A stretch of 64,000 nt of DNA, from positions 1,736,001 through 1,800,000 of the forward strand of contig JBLDXI010000019.1 of the NCBI GenBank assembly GCA_047495785.1. The letters run 5' to 3'. This DNA comes from Lepidodermella squamata. Lineage: Eukaryota; Animalia; Gastrotricha. The notes beneath the pieces were generated by a model. That model was not told the origin of the DNA and did no database searches. It was given only the letters and a program-made list of their open reading frames with translations. Made by a program: the position numbers and the translations under genes. Below are positions 34,101 to 47,334 of this stretch, piece after piece (within the stretch, counting starts at the first letter, position 1; every line of letters starts with the position of its first letter).

Positions 34101-36703
34101 CGTTGTACATTGCAAACAGCCACAAATACCTTTCGCATAGGTCCATCGATGGCGGTTGCTTGCCTTCAAATCTATTCAACTATGCTTACAAGAAGGCAGA
34201 TATATTCGCTGAAAAGATGTCCTCTGACTTCTACTAACGATATGACTGCGATCTACAGCTCACCGTTTGACTTCGCGTTCGGCAGAGGCTCAGTTGTAGA
34301 CAGCTCTAATCCGATTGATACAATGGCGGGTACAGCTAAAAGTAGCAATACATTTCCGTACACAATCGAGGACATTTACAGCTCGTGTTCGTTGCCAACA
34401 ACTTCTTACTATTCCTCGGCAGCGGCAAATGTGCTGTTAGGCGGAGGCTTGGGAAACATAACGTCATACACAGCCGCAGTCTTCTTCCTAAACCGTAATA
34501 CGCCCAACAACAGCATAATGCCGATTCTGAACCTTGGAGAGGTCGGCACTAATTACGCGAAGTATAGCATCCAGCTTCAAACTCCTAATACGGTCAATTT
34601 CGAGGCATGTATGAATGTTAGCGGCGGTGGTACTTGGTATAGGCCTTCGATTTCGAATATGTCTATACCCATCTACGCTTGGCGACATTACATGATGTCG
34701 TTTGACATGACGCCGGGTTCGATGAAGTTTGACGGCTACGTGGAAGGATCCCAGATAATGTCGACAGCCATCCCGGATTCTAGGCCGCTACTCCTTTCGC
34801 TGATGAACATCGGCTATGATGTTTACTACGGGTATCGCATCAATGGAGACTACGCGTGCATGTCGATTTTTCAGGGGTACTTGAATCAGTACTTTGCAGC
34901 CGAATTAGCTACTCAATGCCCCGGACCTACCATGTGTAAGTTCATCGGTAGGGCTTGGATCAAACTTTACTTCTATTTATCCAGTGCAAGGCCACGTGTG
35001 CGAGACCGATATCACTACTAGAGCGACAATCAGCTCGAACAAAATCTGTCTTCGATCACCTGCGGGTGTAGCTTACAACGGTATTCGCCTGAACAATCGA
35101 TGGGTAGGCGATGCGAACACCAATGGATCATCCGCATGCTGCTGGCAGCTGGACAGTAGCGCCATCGGTGACTTCATACAAATTGAATTCCCCGAGCAAG
35201 TTGTTTTGTCGTCAATCGGCACTCAGGGCGATTACTCTACTGGTTACTACATTTCGAGCTATCAGTTCATGACTATAATAAGCCCCTCGAACAATCCATA
35301 TGTGTTGAATAAAGAGCAAAGTGGAATTAAGGTGGGTTCAGAAACATCTTTACTGAGAATAGCATCACTGGCATTTATTTATAGAATTTCACAGCCAATT
35401 CAGATGCCGACACTGTGGTTTGGAATTACTTTAGACCTCATGTGTTCGGGCGGAGATTCCGGCTTTATCCGATTACCTGGTTTGGCGCGATATCCTTAAG
35501 ATTGTCTGTGCGCGGATGCTTGGGTATTTATTGCATTTGTCTTGCATTTGTAGTGCTTTCAAGTTATGTATTATTTGATCTACAGATTTCTCTTGCCGAT
35601 CGGACTTGATGGATTCTATTGGCGAATTAGCTTCAACCCGCAATGGTGGAACTACAACTACCATCTGGCCCAATATAAACAGTCCAATTGATTGGAATGC
35701 TGCTAGTACAGATCCAGAGCCTTTTTATGGCGTCAAGTTCCCGGCTACTAAGGTCGTAACTGCCGTATTGGTTCAGTGCAGTGTAAGTAAAACTGCCTGG
35801 GTATCGAAGTTCCACCTGGTTAGTAGCCTTGATAATAGCATTTGGGTACCCTATACTCATCCAAATAATGGCTCTCGATTGCGAATTTTCGACGGCCCGT
35901 ACGCAGCGATGAATCCGAATCCGAGAATCAACTATCTGAAGCCTGTTATCGCAGCACTTGCCATTAGACTGTATGTTGATGAATTCGTATACGTCGTCTC
36001 AGCTAGAATAGGATTCAAAGGATGTTCATATTCCGAAGTGCCTCTGGTCAATAGAGGTGTCGATATTCGAGTCGGGGAAACTGCACCTGTCTCCGCGGCA
36101 GCTAGCGACGCACAAAACTTGTGCGGTATCGCGGGTGTTAAGAACACCCAGCTTTCTTACAATAGCCGGGTTTCAGTCCCTTGTATCAGGCAAATTTCGG
36201 GCCGATACGTAACGATCGTGGGTTCAACCAACACAACACTGGAACTTTGCCACATCGGAGTCTATAGTGATAACTCAACCGATTTAGCGCAGTACAAAAC
36301 TGTGTATTCAAACAATAATCTGACAGCTGCAAGCCTTCTCGCCTTGACATCCCCAGATGTTCCAGTTGCCAGTGTTTTATTGACTTCAGGTTGGCTGCAA
36401 GTTGATTTGGGAGTTCCGGTATTCGTCTCCAAAATCATTGTAGCAACTAATGCTAACGGAAATTGGCCATCAGATAATGCTGTTGGCACCTTGCGGCTGA
36501 CCTTCCGCGTTGGCGATTCCGCTGGTTCTTTACTAACCCAAAACGCCGTTTGCGAGGTTTGGAGTGATGGTCTCAGGTCGCCTAACGTTACCCCCAATCA
36601 AATGATAACGGCTCATTGCACGCCGCCGATTCAAGGCAGATATGTTAGTTTAGAGAAAGATGGCAACGGCAACATGTACTTCGCTCGAATAATGGTTTTC
36701 TGA
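31163..36703 (+). CDS. Secreted mosaic lectin-like protein, copy 1 (SP-PAN-2xFA58C-split F-type lectin[3xLamG-2xFA58C]-F-type lectin)
   Basis: Signal peptide MAQIILL; PAN (CASLCGADLRCEAVQF...CTL); discoidin motifs (CMEALGIESGEI, WVTSFSVQY, FPGNTN, YRVELLGC); LamG motifs (WTYAMWV, WFFFALT, IACVQFY); F-lectin motifs (NLALN, WLQVDLG, GRYV, LELCHIGVY). ORFs joined by ~50-60 nt GT-AG introns. No TM segment. Confidence 0.88.
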
Positions 36704-38688
36704 TCTTTTGGAAATCCAACAAACCGATGGACATTCATGTAGGCGTGATTTTCGTGGAAATTAAGTTACGATCAACATTTATAGAAGTAGATTCAGGCTG
36801 CGTTGCTGCGTTGGGCTGGGTTTATCCCAGGTATGGGTCGGGTACCGGCTTGGTTTTTCAAAACCCGCCCAATTCATTTTTGTTACCATTTCTTTCATCT
36901 CGCCATTAATTTGACACAAACCAAAGTGACATTTCAGTGAGTTGTTGATCAACTGGAGGGAACAATTATTTTTAACGGCTCCGCCCTGGCCGGCTCGCGT
37001 TTACAGATATTTACTGACGGGCCGGGTCGCGTCTCGATTATTACACCAATAGTTAACCTGATGGATTCAAGTTTACCCCGAGGCATTTTGCAATGTCTAT
37101 CTTGCGCACGCTGCTTGCCTCTCATGACGGCCAGATCTCCCAGAGCAGCCAGATCTCGCTCGATGACGGTTTAATATGCAATTCTTTCGTGTTGCGGGTC
37201 TCCTGAAAATGGCAATTCTATGAGTATCAGTCTCATCTTCGCTAAAGTATAGCATTTGCCAAATAAGCATATATATTTATATTGCTTGAATATCATGTTC
37301 TGTCTGACGATTAATGATTATGATTAATAAAAACTTACATGATATAGCAGCAATTCAATTCCCTTTCCATTTGGTTCTGAAGGTAAAGACCTGAGGGGAT
37401 GAAATATTGGCATAATGGAATCGATCGAGGCAAACGGGTTATATTAAAGGCGACATAAAAATGTCCCCGCAAACCAGTTTTTCTGGTTTCCTTGATCCCA
37501 GTGGTCCCAGTGGTCGGTGGTCGAGGTTTGCTGGAACCAAACTATTGGTTTGCTGGAGGTTTGCTGGAAAGGCTGTTAGCTGTTAGGAAGGAGTTTTAAA
37601 TGCAAAAAGTTTGAAGCTATTAGGGGCGCTTCAGTAACCCAATTTCCAGAAGTTTGCGCACAGTGATTCTTGGGATGCAAACGGAAAATCGAATTATAAC
37701 CTGCAGACCTTCATTCATGATACAATCATTAACAATTTTTATACTAGTTGTAAGACGCTCCTCGAGAGTTTTTATGAGAATTAAGGTTAAATAGGTTTGA
37801 GGGTTAAATTCATTGTAATTTCGACGCACGGAAAACGCGGCATGTTTAGAATCACAAATTGATTTATTAACGCCGTTTTCGATTGTTTCACGTTGTTTGC
37901 TCAAATTCAAGCCGCTTGGAACATCGCTACGTGGTGAAAGCAGGGGGCGGCATCCCCTTACAGCAGCTGGTTACATTTTATTTAATATACGTCATATCAT
38001 CAATTAGTAAGGAAAATGAGGGCGTTTAACATTTTTAGCTTCCAAAAAACGTAGCACGCAACAAAAGTTACAATAAGTTTATAAATATTCTTTAGCACAA
38101 TAAAAATTATTTGTTCGCACTGAACGTACTGCTAATAAAAATTTAATAAGCAAAGGAAAAAGGAAGACGCAGACTCGGTCAATTCGGTGCATACATTATG
38201 TGTCGACTAATTCGAGGTTGTTTCCATGAGCTAAAAAGCTGAATCTATTGTTTTCCAACGCGCACCGAGTGCTACATTTCACAAGCATGTAAAGAATTTG
38301 GTGATGAATTGATAAATCACTCTTAATCCGCCGAAATTTCAAACTGCAGTCCTCTTCACTCTCTTTCATTTCCCTTTCCCTATCCCTGCCAGTGTTCCAA
38401 GTGCGGGGGTTATGGGGGTGGCGCGTAACCCCTATTAGGGGCTGACCCAAATAATGAAAGGGGTGCCGCTTACCCCTTTTGGAATGCAAATTTTGAATGA
38501 GAAAATCAGTCTACACCATGGATAAATTTGAAATGTTTCATTCTCAATGACAAAATCGCTAACTTCAAGTGTAGCTTTCGATGGTTACATAGTGCGAATC
38601 AAAAACATCTTGGAGTACTCCAATTATTCGCGCGTAAAATTCAAAATTAAATTGTTTACGCTGCGGATTTATGAAAACAAATTAGATA

Positions 38689-39005
38689 TTCTGAATCAGC
38701 GTGAAAAGATAGCCTGGTGTGCAAATATTCGCGCCAGTATATTCAAAACTGAGGGAGAAATAGTGTAAAGTAAATGTCCATTTTAGTGAGCGCGGCCGTG
38801 CGCGCTACGAATTCAGCTAATAGCTCCCTCGCAAACGGGCGCGAGATTTTACCGGAGAAAAGCGCTCGCATTTGACGTGCGCCTGGAAGTCACGCATACA
38901 AAAACGAGTTTCTTAACCGTCTCATTTCTCCCTCAATTTTGAATGTAATCGCGCGCAAATTTGCACACCAGCCTAAAGCCTAAAGCTTTTCACGCTGATT
39001 CAGAG
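38689..39005. mobile_element. MITE with long imperfect TIRs and TA TSD, ~230 bp upstream of lectin copy 2
   Basis: TCTGAATCAGCGTGAAAAG...GGTGTGCAAAT...TTCAAAACTGAGGGAGAAAT is mirrored at 38922-39005. TA flanks on both sides. Confidence 0.8.
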
Positions 39006-39232
39006 TATATATCTTCAGTTAAACTCCGATTTCCCGTCCTTATATTTTCCGTCTGGTGGGAAATCCGGGTATGCAAAAGATAAGGGGTGAAAATCTTCCC
39101 CGCATCAGCATCGAATTGCATGTTGCATGTAAAATGACCCGGATTTCCCGGATCACTGCTCCCTGCATTAAGAGTCTTATGTAACAGGGTCTGTTAAAAG
39201 TTGAATCAAATGCTGATAGTTGCTAACTGAAA

Positions 39233-42200
39233 ATGATTTTTTGGATTGCAATATTGTTCAATTTGGGTTTTGTCGATTGTGGCACCTACGTGAAGCGCAA
39301 CGTCGGCTGGAAAATTGTGCCGACTGTTGGCAGTGGTCTTTCAGATTTGAGTAGTTTCGTTATATCGGGCGTTACAACAGCTAAGGAAGAGTCAGTATGT
39401 GCGGGCTTGTGTGGCACAGACCCGCTGTGTCAAGCTTCGCAGTTTCAGATAAGCAGCAAAGCTTGCGTTTTGCTGACAATATCACCCGACGGTTCTTCAA
39501 TGGCTCGGCTGACTAGTGACTCAGACTTCATCTCGTCTACTATCAGTGGGCAAAGCTATATCACCAAGTCTAATCAATGCCCTCCGACGGTCAAAAAATG
39601 TGTCTCGGCTTGGTATTCTAACGCTATTTTACGGTTGGCTGCCAAGCCTTCATGCGATAAGGACCTGAACACAATGATCGAACCGTTTGATTATGACACG
39701 AGTTATGTCAGCGATTTAGCTTACAGCTCAAGCTCGGTAACAAACAATATCATTCTCAACCTGCCACTAGATGCTCCTGCTTTTGCTCGCATCACCGCTG
39801 GTCACCTATCGAGGGCTTGTATGCTATCTAACTCGCCCGCCGGCAGTTGGTTTGAGGTTGATCTCCAGAGATACGTTTGGATGACTCAATTCTGGTACAA
39901 ATGCTTCGACAGCTCTTGCATTCCTCAGTTCCGCATTGAAACCAGTCTGGACGATGTATATTATGCCCCAATAACAACAGGTCGAGGGCAAGTGAAGGTT
40001 CTTATTTTGGCTGTATGATCAATTCTTTATATTGAATCATTTTCAGCTGTTGAATGGAACTGCAGGCTCTACAATCACCTATAAACGGTTTTCTCCAGTT
40101 TTGCTGCGATTCGTTAGAGTGATATCAGCGGTCGCCAATAGCAATGTGAACTGCGCTAATTTTCAATTCGAAGGCTGCCCGGCCACATGCATGGATCCTC
40201 TTGGCATCGAAAGTGGGGATGTCCCGTTTAGCCAGGTCACTGCTCCAGGCACATCAGCCAACTCGTTCTACTACCGATTAAACTGGGGCATTGCAGTAAC
40301 CAACAACCCGAGCAACCTGATAATAGATCTCCGAAAGCAGGTCATCGTGAACGCTTTCGAAGTTCAGGGATGCAAAAATCTGTCTGCTTGGGTCTCCAGC
40401 TTTGCTCTGCAATACAAAGCGCAAGATTCGGACAGATGGATTGATTTAACTGATGCTTTTGGATCAACAACGTTTCTTGGAAATGCGAATCCAACGACAG
40501 TAGTTACAATCAAAATCCCAAAGCCCGTAACCGGGAGATTCTTTAATGTTATACCAAAAGCGTCTCCGAACCTACTTTGTTATCGTGTCGAACTGTTGGG
40601 ATGCAAAGGTGAGCATTGAGAAATTAATTGAGGAACACTTCTAGCCATTTCATAATTTAGAAATTCCAAATTACATGAGTAACCTGGCTTTGAACGGAAA
40701 TGTCACAGTCAACGGTAACACTTTTGATACGAATCCAATGTCTAAACTTTCGGAGCCTGCTGTACTGACGAAGCAAAGAACGATAAGGAAGCAACACATT
40801 CAAAATTGCACTCGAATACTCCCCGTTACGACCGGAGATCGGCCGTTTCTAACTGTTGATACAGGTTCGATCTCGCAAATAACGTCAGTCGAAATAGCAA
40901 CGCCTGGGTGGCCTCCTCAGTTTACACTGAACCCTCACGGGCTGTGGTTATTTGATATCATGCGTGGCGGAGATGATTTATCGGAGAATGGAAACCACGC
41001 GGTGTTTTCGAACCAGTTGACTTATGGTGCCGGTGTGGATGGGCGCCCAATGGGATCTCTTCAATGGAACGGAACTGAGAGGTACGCGCTGGTTCGAACC
41101 AACAATATCAACGTCATAGATCCAGCCAATGGTTGGACGTTTGCAATGTGGGTTTTCTACTCAACTGCAACTGGAGATGTATTTTTGATGCGCAATATGG
41201 CGAAGAACAGGTTAGATCAGAATGTATTGATATTTCACGAGCTTGATTTATCTCTTCGAAATTAGCATGTGGAGGTTGAATGTCAAAATTCTGGCTAGCA
41301 ATCGAGCTATCAAGGTGGACTACACGAGTAGCTCCAACGTATCTTGGGCCTGGCCGACTACCGATGTTGTTGTACCACAAAATCGCTGGTTCTTTTTCGC
41401 AATAACTGCAGATTGTGCCAGTGGAATCTCAAGAATTTTCATCGACAATTATGACCGTGCTATCGCTCATGTTGGATGCGCTGCCGATGCATTCAGAATG
41501 TCCCAATACTTCATGATCCATGGGGCATGGACGGGTAGAATCGCCTGTATGCAATTCTACGCAAGAGGTCTTGACCATTCTGAGATTGAGCAAGCCAGCA
41601 CCTGTCCTTGGCTAAGTAAGTCGACAAAAATAGGCCTGCAACATCAAACTTAAAAAACATTTTACAGCACCTGCTCCTCTGGCGATCTATCCATTCGCTT
41701 GCTCTCTGAATGACGTAGTCGGTTTCGGGCCGAGCTTCACTGTAAACGGTACATCGCAATGCGAGAAGATTTACGGATTCACATCAACGTAAGCATCAGA
41801 GCTAAAAATCGTGACTCATTTCGAAGTGTAACTCATTTCAGAGCACTGAGCCTACCTTCGAACTCGGATTTCCTTAGTATGCCGATGACAACAGCCCCGG
41901 CCAGTTCACTGAACATGCCTCACACAGCAACATTTCTCATGAATATCATGACTACATCTGCTACGAATGGCACAATTCTCGGCTGGTATTACAACTCAAG
42001 CAACTTCACTGTTTATCTAGGTGTTCGAAATGGGGTTCTGTTTGGCGGGTATCGATGCAGCGATGGAACCGGTAGAAATCTAACTTCATCACGACGAGTA
42101 GTGCCTGATGCATGGACGTTTGTCGGTCTAACATACCACTATCAAGCCGATCAATCTTTCCAAATATATCAAGACGGCGAAGTAGTGGCATCCTCAGCGT

Positions 42201-44781
42201 CGCCGCGTTGTGTACTGCAAACTGCGACATCTACATTCCAAGTCGGTCCGGCAGCAGTGACTGTAGCTTGTCTGCAAATTTACGCTACGTTACTGACAAG
42301 AAAGCAAATTTATTCGCTGAAACGATGTCCGATCACATCAGCTCCGGATATGCTTTCAACCTTCAGCTCGCCATTGGATTTTTCGTTTGGCAGAGGTTCG
42401 GTCGAGGATGCGTCCAATGCGCTAAATGCCAAAAATGGATCAGCTCAAGGCGCAAGTTTGCCGATGAATTCTTTGGATGATACGCTATCGCTAGGATCTT
42501 ATTCTGTGACTGCCAACAATTATTACTGGTGGTCGCAAGCCAACGCTTTATTCGGCTACGGCACAGGAAATGCGACGTCCTATTCGATTGGTGTCTTCTA
42601 CAATAATCGCGAGGCAGCGAGCAATGTTGTCACTCCAGTTCTGAATATTGGAGAAGCGGGAACAAATAATGCCAAGTACAGCATCTTACTCAAAACGGCT
42701 AATACTATTAGCTTCGAGGTTTGCATGAATCCCGGTGGTTGGTACAAGCCTCTCCTAAACGTATCAGTACCGCTGAGGACATGGCGGCATTACATGATGT
42801 CGTTCGATATGACACCTGGTTCAATGAAGTTCGATGGTTTCTTTGAAGGCGCCACTTCAGTGTCGACGGCACTTCCGAATTCAGCGCCTTTTTCGACATC
42901 TCATGGCCATCTGGGCTATGATGTTTATTACGGCTTTCGCTCGAATGGAGATTACGCCTGTCTATCAATTTTTCAAGGATATCTGAACCAATATCTAGCT
43001 GCTGAAATAGCAACCCAATGCCCTACCCCGACAATACGTAAGTCGAATTAATTATGCCAATTTTAACATATTATTCATCTCTTAAAAAGTGCAAGGTCAT
43101 GTTTGCGAAAGTGACCTAACTGCAAAAGCAAATATTGTAGGAACGGCTTATTCAGCTCCTTCCAGTGTTAAGTTCAATCAAATCCGCCTTAACAATCGGT
43201 GGGTCGGGGACGAAAATACTTCAGGTTCAATAGCGTGTTGTTGGCGTCTCGTAGATGCAGAGACGTTCGTTGGATTTGACTTCGGGGAGACCGTTTCGAT
43301 TTCGTCATTGGCTACTCAGGGTGATCATGTATCAGGATATTATGTCTCAACCTATCAGATACAGCATTATAGCAGCATGAACCGGAATGCATGGATTTTG
43401 AATAGAGAAGTCAGCGGTCCCAGGGTAACCTATTTCACCCTCAGAGGTGGTAACGTTAACACAAAAATTACTTCCAGGTTTTCAATGCCAATTTCGATGG
43501 TGATACAGTTGTTTGGAACTTCTTCCGCCCCCATGTCTTTACAAGGCAGTTCAGAATTTACCCACAGACGTGGTTTGGCGCCCCTGTTCTCAGAGCTATG
43601 ATACGAGGTTGCTTAGGTTGTTGTTTCTCATTTTTTCTCCCGGATTATTTTATCCCTAAACTTCAGACTTTTTCAACCGTGGTGAGCAGAACTTATGGGG
43701 CTCTGTAGAAAGCGTATCTTCTCGAGGTGTTGGATCCGCTGTAACTGTGAGACCAGATGTCAACTCAGCATTTACTTGGATCCCAACTGCTAATGATCCG
43801 GAGCCATTTTATCAGGTCAGGTTCGCAGGGTCGAGAATCATAACGGCGATTCACGTTCAGTGCTCCGACTCGGCTCCTACTTCGTGGATAACCAAGTACC
43901 ACATTCTAACCAGCCTCGACGGCACAATATGGGCGCCATATACCTACCCTAACAACTGGTCACGCCTCCGAATCTTCAACGGCCCCAATGCAGCGATCAA
44001 TCCCAACCCTATGATAAGTTACTTGAAACCAGCTGTTGTCGCTTATGCCATTCGGTTGGTTGTCGATGAGTTTTATAACGTTCCTGCTGTCCGTCTCGGA
44101 TTCAAAGGTGGTCCATACTCCGACATTCCGACAGCTATGCGATATTTTGACATTCGCATCGGGAATTCGACCCCGGCTAACACATCGGTAATCGAATCGC
44201 AACAGTGGTGCAACGCCAGGGTTCCGCCAGTGTCTTATAATGCCAGGGTGACATTCCACTGCATAAGGCCAGTAACAGGCCGGTACGTATCGATCAATGC
44301 AATGTGGGCGACTACAATCGAGATATGCCAACTCGGCGTTTATAGCGACAATTCAACTGATTTGGCTGCTTACAAAGCTGTAACATCAAATAACTCGATA
44401 ACAGCCACTAATTTACTCGCAATGACCACTCCTGGTTCAATCAATGCGTCGATCTCAATGGCTAGTGGCTGGCTGCAAGTTGATATCGGAATTCCTATTT
44501 ACATATCAAAAATAATTTTGACTACAACGTCATCTGGATCATGGTCGACTGATAACGCCATTGGGACTATGAGGCTAACATTCAGGGTCGGAAACTCTGC
44601 GGGTTCAGCCCTGGTTCAGAACCCTATTTGCGACATATGGACGGATGGTTTGCGAGCTCCGAATGCGATTCCTAATCAAATGATTACCGCCCACTGTACC
44701 CCGCCCTTACAGGGACGCTACGCCAGCGTGGAAAAGGATGGAACTGGTACCATGATTTATTCGCGAATTATGGTTTTCTAA
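39233..44781 (+). CDS. Secreted mosaic lectin-like protein, copy 2
   Basis: Same domain order and mostly the same intron positions as copy 1. Shared blocks DYDTSYV, RITAGHLSRAC, GGDDLSENGNHA, WRHYMMSFDMTPGSMKFDG; ends RIMVF*. Confidence 0.88.
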
Positions 44782-45540
44782 GCCATAATTCCTTAAGCAG
44801 TGACTGTTCAATTTCCTTCGTGTGCAATTTCATTCGTGTGCATCTAATCCCAGTGCTCCGAGTACGGGGGTAAGGGGGGCAAACAAATCCCCTGGCGTTC
44901 GAAAATTTCTGAAAAACGTAAGGTCCCCCCCCTGTTGATTTGCAAATTTTGGGCTCACAATGCTCGATTTACCCCCCTCAGAGCTGTACCTAGTCCGATC
45001 CCTGTCTAATCCTAGGGTCCAAATATTAAGTTCCAGAATTTTTAACAATTTTTGGCTTTTCGGTGTTTTCGTTTTTTGATCGATGCTGATGCCCTCCCTG
45101 AACCTTGGATTTTTTGTTTTAGCTACATGGTGCCCTAAGCTACGTAGAATAATTATCGATGTTGGGCTCCTAGTCGGCTGATATCGGAGAAATCACTGAT
45201 TTATAAAATCGATACTTGGAATCGATATCGGCTCTATAAGATGAAGTATAACTTGTAAGCTGACCATTTATAGCGCAAAATACGCGTAATATGAAGATCT
45301 ATCGGTTAGGCATAATAGCGCAACAAATAAGGTTCTAGTGAAGACATGAAATTCGAAAATCAAGAATCCAAGTGAAAGTCTAGTGCTGGAGTCTCAAAAT
45401 TAGTGCTGGAACTCTAAATGTAGGGTGCGCACTTGCCACACCCAATCCTAATTAAGTGACGAAATAGATTGTGATTGCGTTTCAGCTTTTCTGGCTATTG
45501 ATTTTGTCGACCACTTTTCGAATAAATTGAGTTTGCGAAA

Positions 45541-47283
45541 ATGTTGAAATTTACAACTTGTCTTATTCTCGTGTTGGGCGTGAAAGAATCGTTGACTGCA
45601 AACACGACCAGTCATGATTTTTGCCAACAGGCCATGACCAATCGCAACGGCAAAGCCTTCTTCCGAGACCCGGTTGATTGCCACAACTACTACCAGTGCT
45701 ACTACCTCAATGAAACATGGGTAGAGGGCGCTAAACACCGCTGCCACCCCGGTCAATTCTGGCACGATGAAATTCAACAGTGCGTACCCGAACGGCCGGA
45801 AACACCCTGCCAGGACCGGTGCCGTGACGAAGAGACCGCAACTCGAGGCTGTTATCCCGACCCGAATAATTGCGCGAAATTTTTCCGGTGTTCAAACCGA
45901 ATTTCCCACGCCATGTGCTGCCCGCATGGGACTCGGTTCAATGCCGACGGGTGCCGGTGTGACGAAGACCCAGGGTGTGTAACGAAATGCGAGAAAGACG
46001 CTGGCCCTTCAACGCTAGCCACGCCGCAAATTTGGTCGAATGACACGCATTGCATCGATTTGTTCAATAACACATTCTACTACAACCCGAGCCGCGATCC
46101 GGACGTGTTCTACCAGTTGAAACCCGATTCTAACAAGCTGTATGTTATGCACTGCCCGGCTGGTACCAGGTTCCAGCTTGAATCTTGCAACTGCGAGATG
46201 ATGAACCCGCCGATTCAAGTTTCTCCTTCCCGGCTATGCTGGCTCTATTTGCCGTTTGATAACGATTTTAAGGATTATTCGAATTCGAAATATCAAACTA
46301 TTCGAAATGGGTATACGGTGATTGATCGGCAAAATTACGCGCATGGCCATGGGTCGTTATATGTTAACAATGGGTGGATTGATGTCCCTGGCTTGAAGGG
46401 CATGGATTTTCAAAATTCTGGCTCTTGGTGCCTATTTTACAGGTGAGCAAAAATTCAACAATTTGCCGCTGAAAATTTTAGCAACATTTGGTCTAGTTTC
46501 AAAAAATATCAAATTTACAAAGGTCCAAAAAAAAGAATTTTTATATTGAAATTTTTGAAATGAGAATTTTGAAAAGTTCAAATTTCAAAATTCAAAATTA
46601 AAAATTTCCAAAAAAATTCAAAGTTTCAAATTTAGGTCTAATGTTTAGGAAAATTTAGCAATTTTTACAAAAGTATTATTTACAAAAATTCGAAAATTTG
46701 AAAATTTGAATTTTTTAGATGCCGATCCGGCGTTGAACCTGCTCATATATACGAATGCCGAAATTCTGGCGGTCTTCTTTCGAATCGTGGCATGACTTCA
46801 AGTGATTACTCAATCGCGATGGCTAGCGCGCCTTCCGGACCCGTTGCCCTGCTCAATTTAGCCAATCCTAGCGAGACGGTTGAATCGCGACCTGGAAGAA
46901 TCGAGCGATCCGGCTTCAATCAAATGTGCGCAGTTTACGACGGCGATAGTCTAGATATTTTCATCAATGACGTAAGTTCCAGCTTGAAGCTAACTTCGAA
47001 TTTAGATGAAACTTCGATTCTTTAGGAATTGAAAGATTCGAAGGCTACTAAAGGTGGTCGCGTCACTTTGAGCCAAAATCCTTTCTCGATCGGGCAAGAC
47101 TGGGTTTTCGGAAATTTTTCGGGCTTCATTGATGAAGTCTTGATTTGCAAACAAGCGCTCAGGGAATCTGAAATTACGGCTCATTTTCAAGGTCGCGAAG
47201 CTCTGGTTCGAGCTGGCCTAATTCCGGACACGGCGGACAACGCTGGAAATTCGACTACGGCTGCCATACAATCGGGAAATTAA
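45541..47283 (+). CDS. Secreted protein with three chitin-binding peritrophin-A (ChtBD2)-like domains and LamG (Pif/BMSP-like)
   Basis: Signal peptide; DPVDCHNYYQC...CHPGQFW, DPNNCAKFFRC...CPHGTRF, CPAGTRF; LamG LYLPFDNDFKD...FSGFIDEVLIC. Exons ~45541-46443, 46720-46971, 47026-47283. Confidence 0.88.
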
Positions 47284-47334
47284 AACTTCTATTTGAAATG
47301 AATAAATGTATCAAACTGAAATTATTCGTTATAG

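Noticed and set aside
37460-38470. GC-rich terminal-like motifs (GGTTTGCTGG repeats; CCAGTGTTCCAAGTGCGGGGG, similar to 44850)
   Set aside because: Probably old TE ends, but no paired TIR/TSD could be established.
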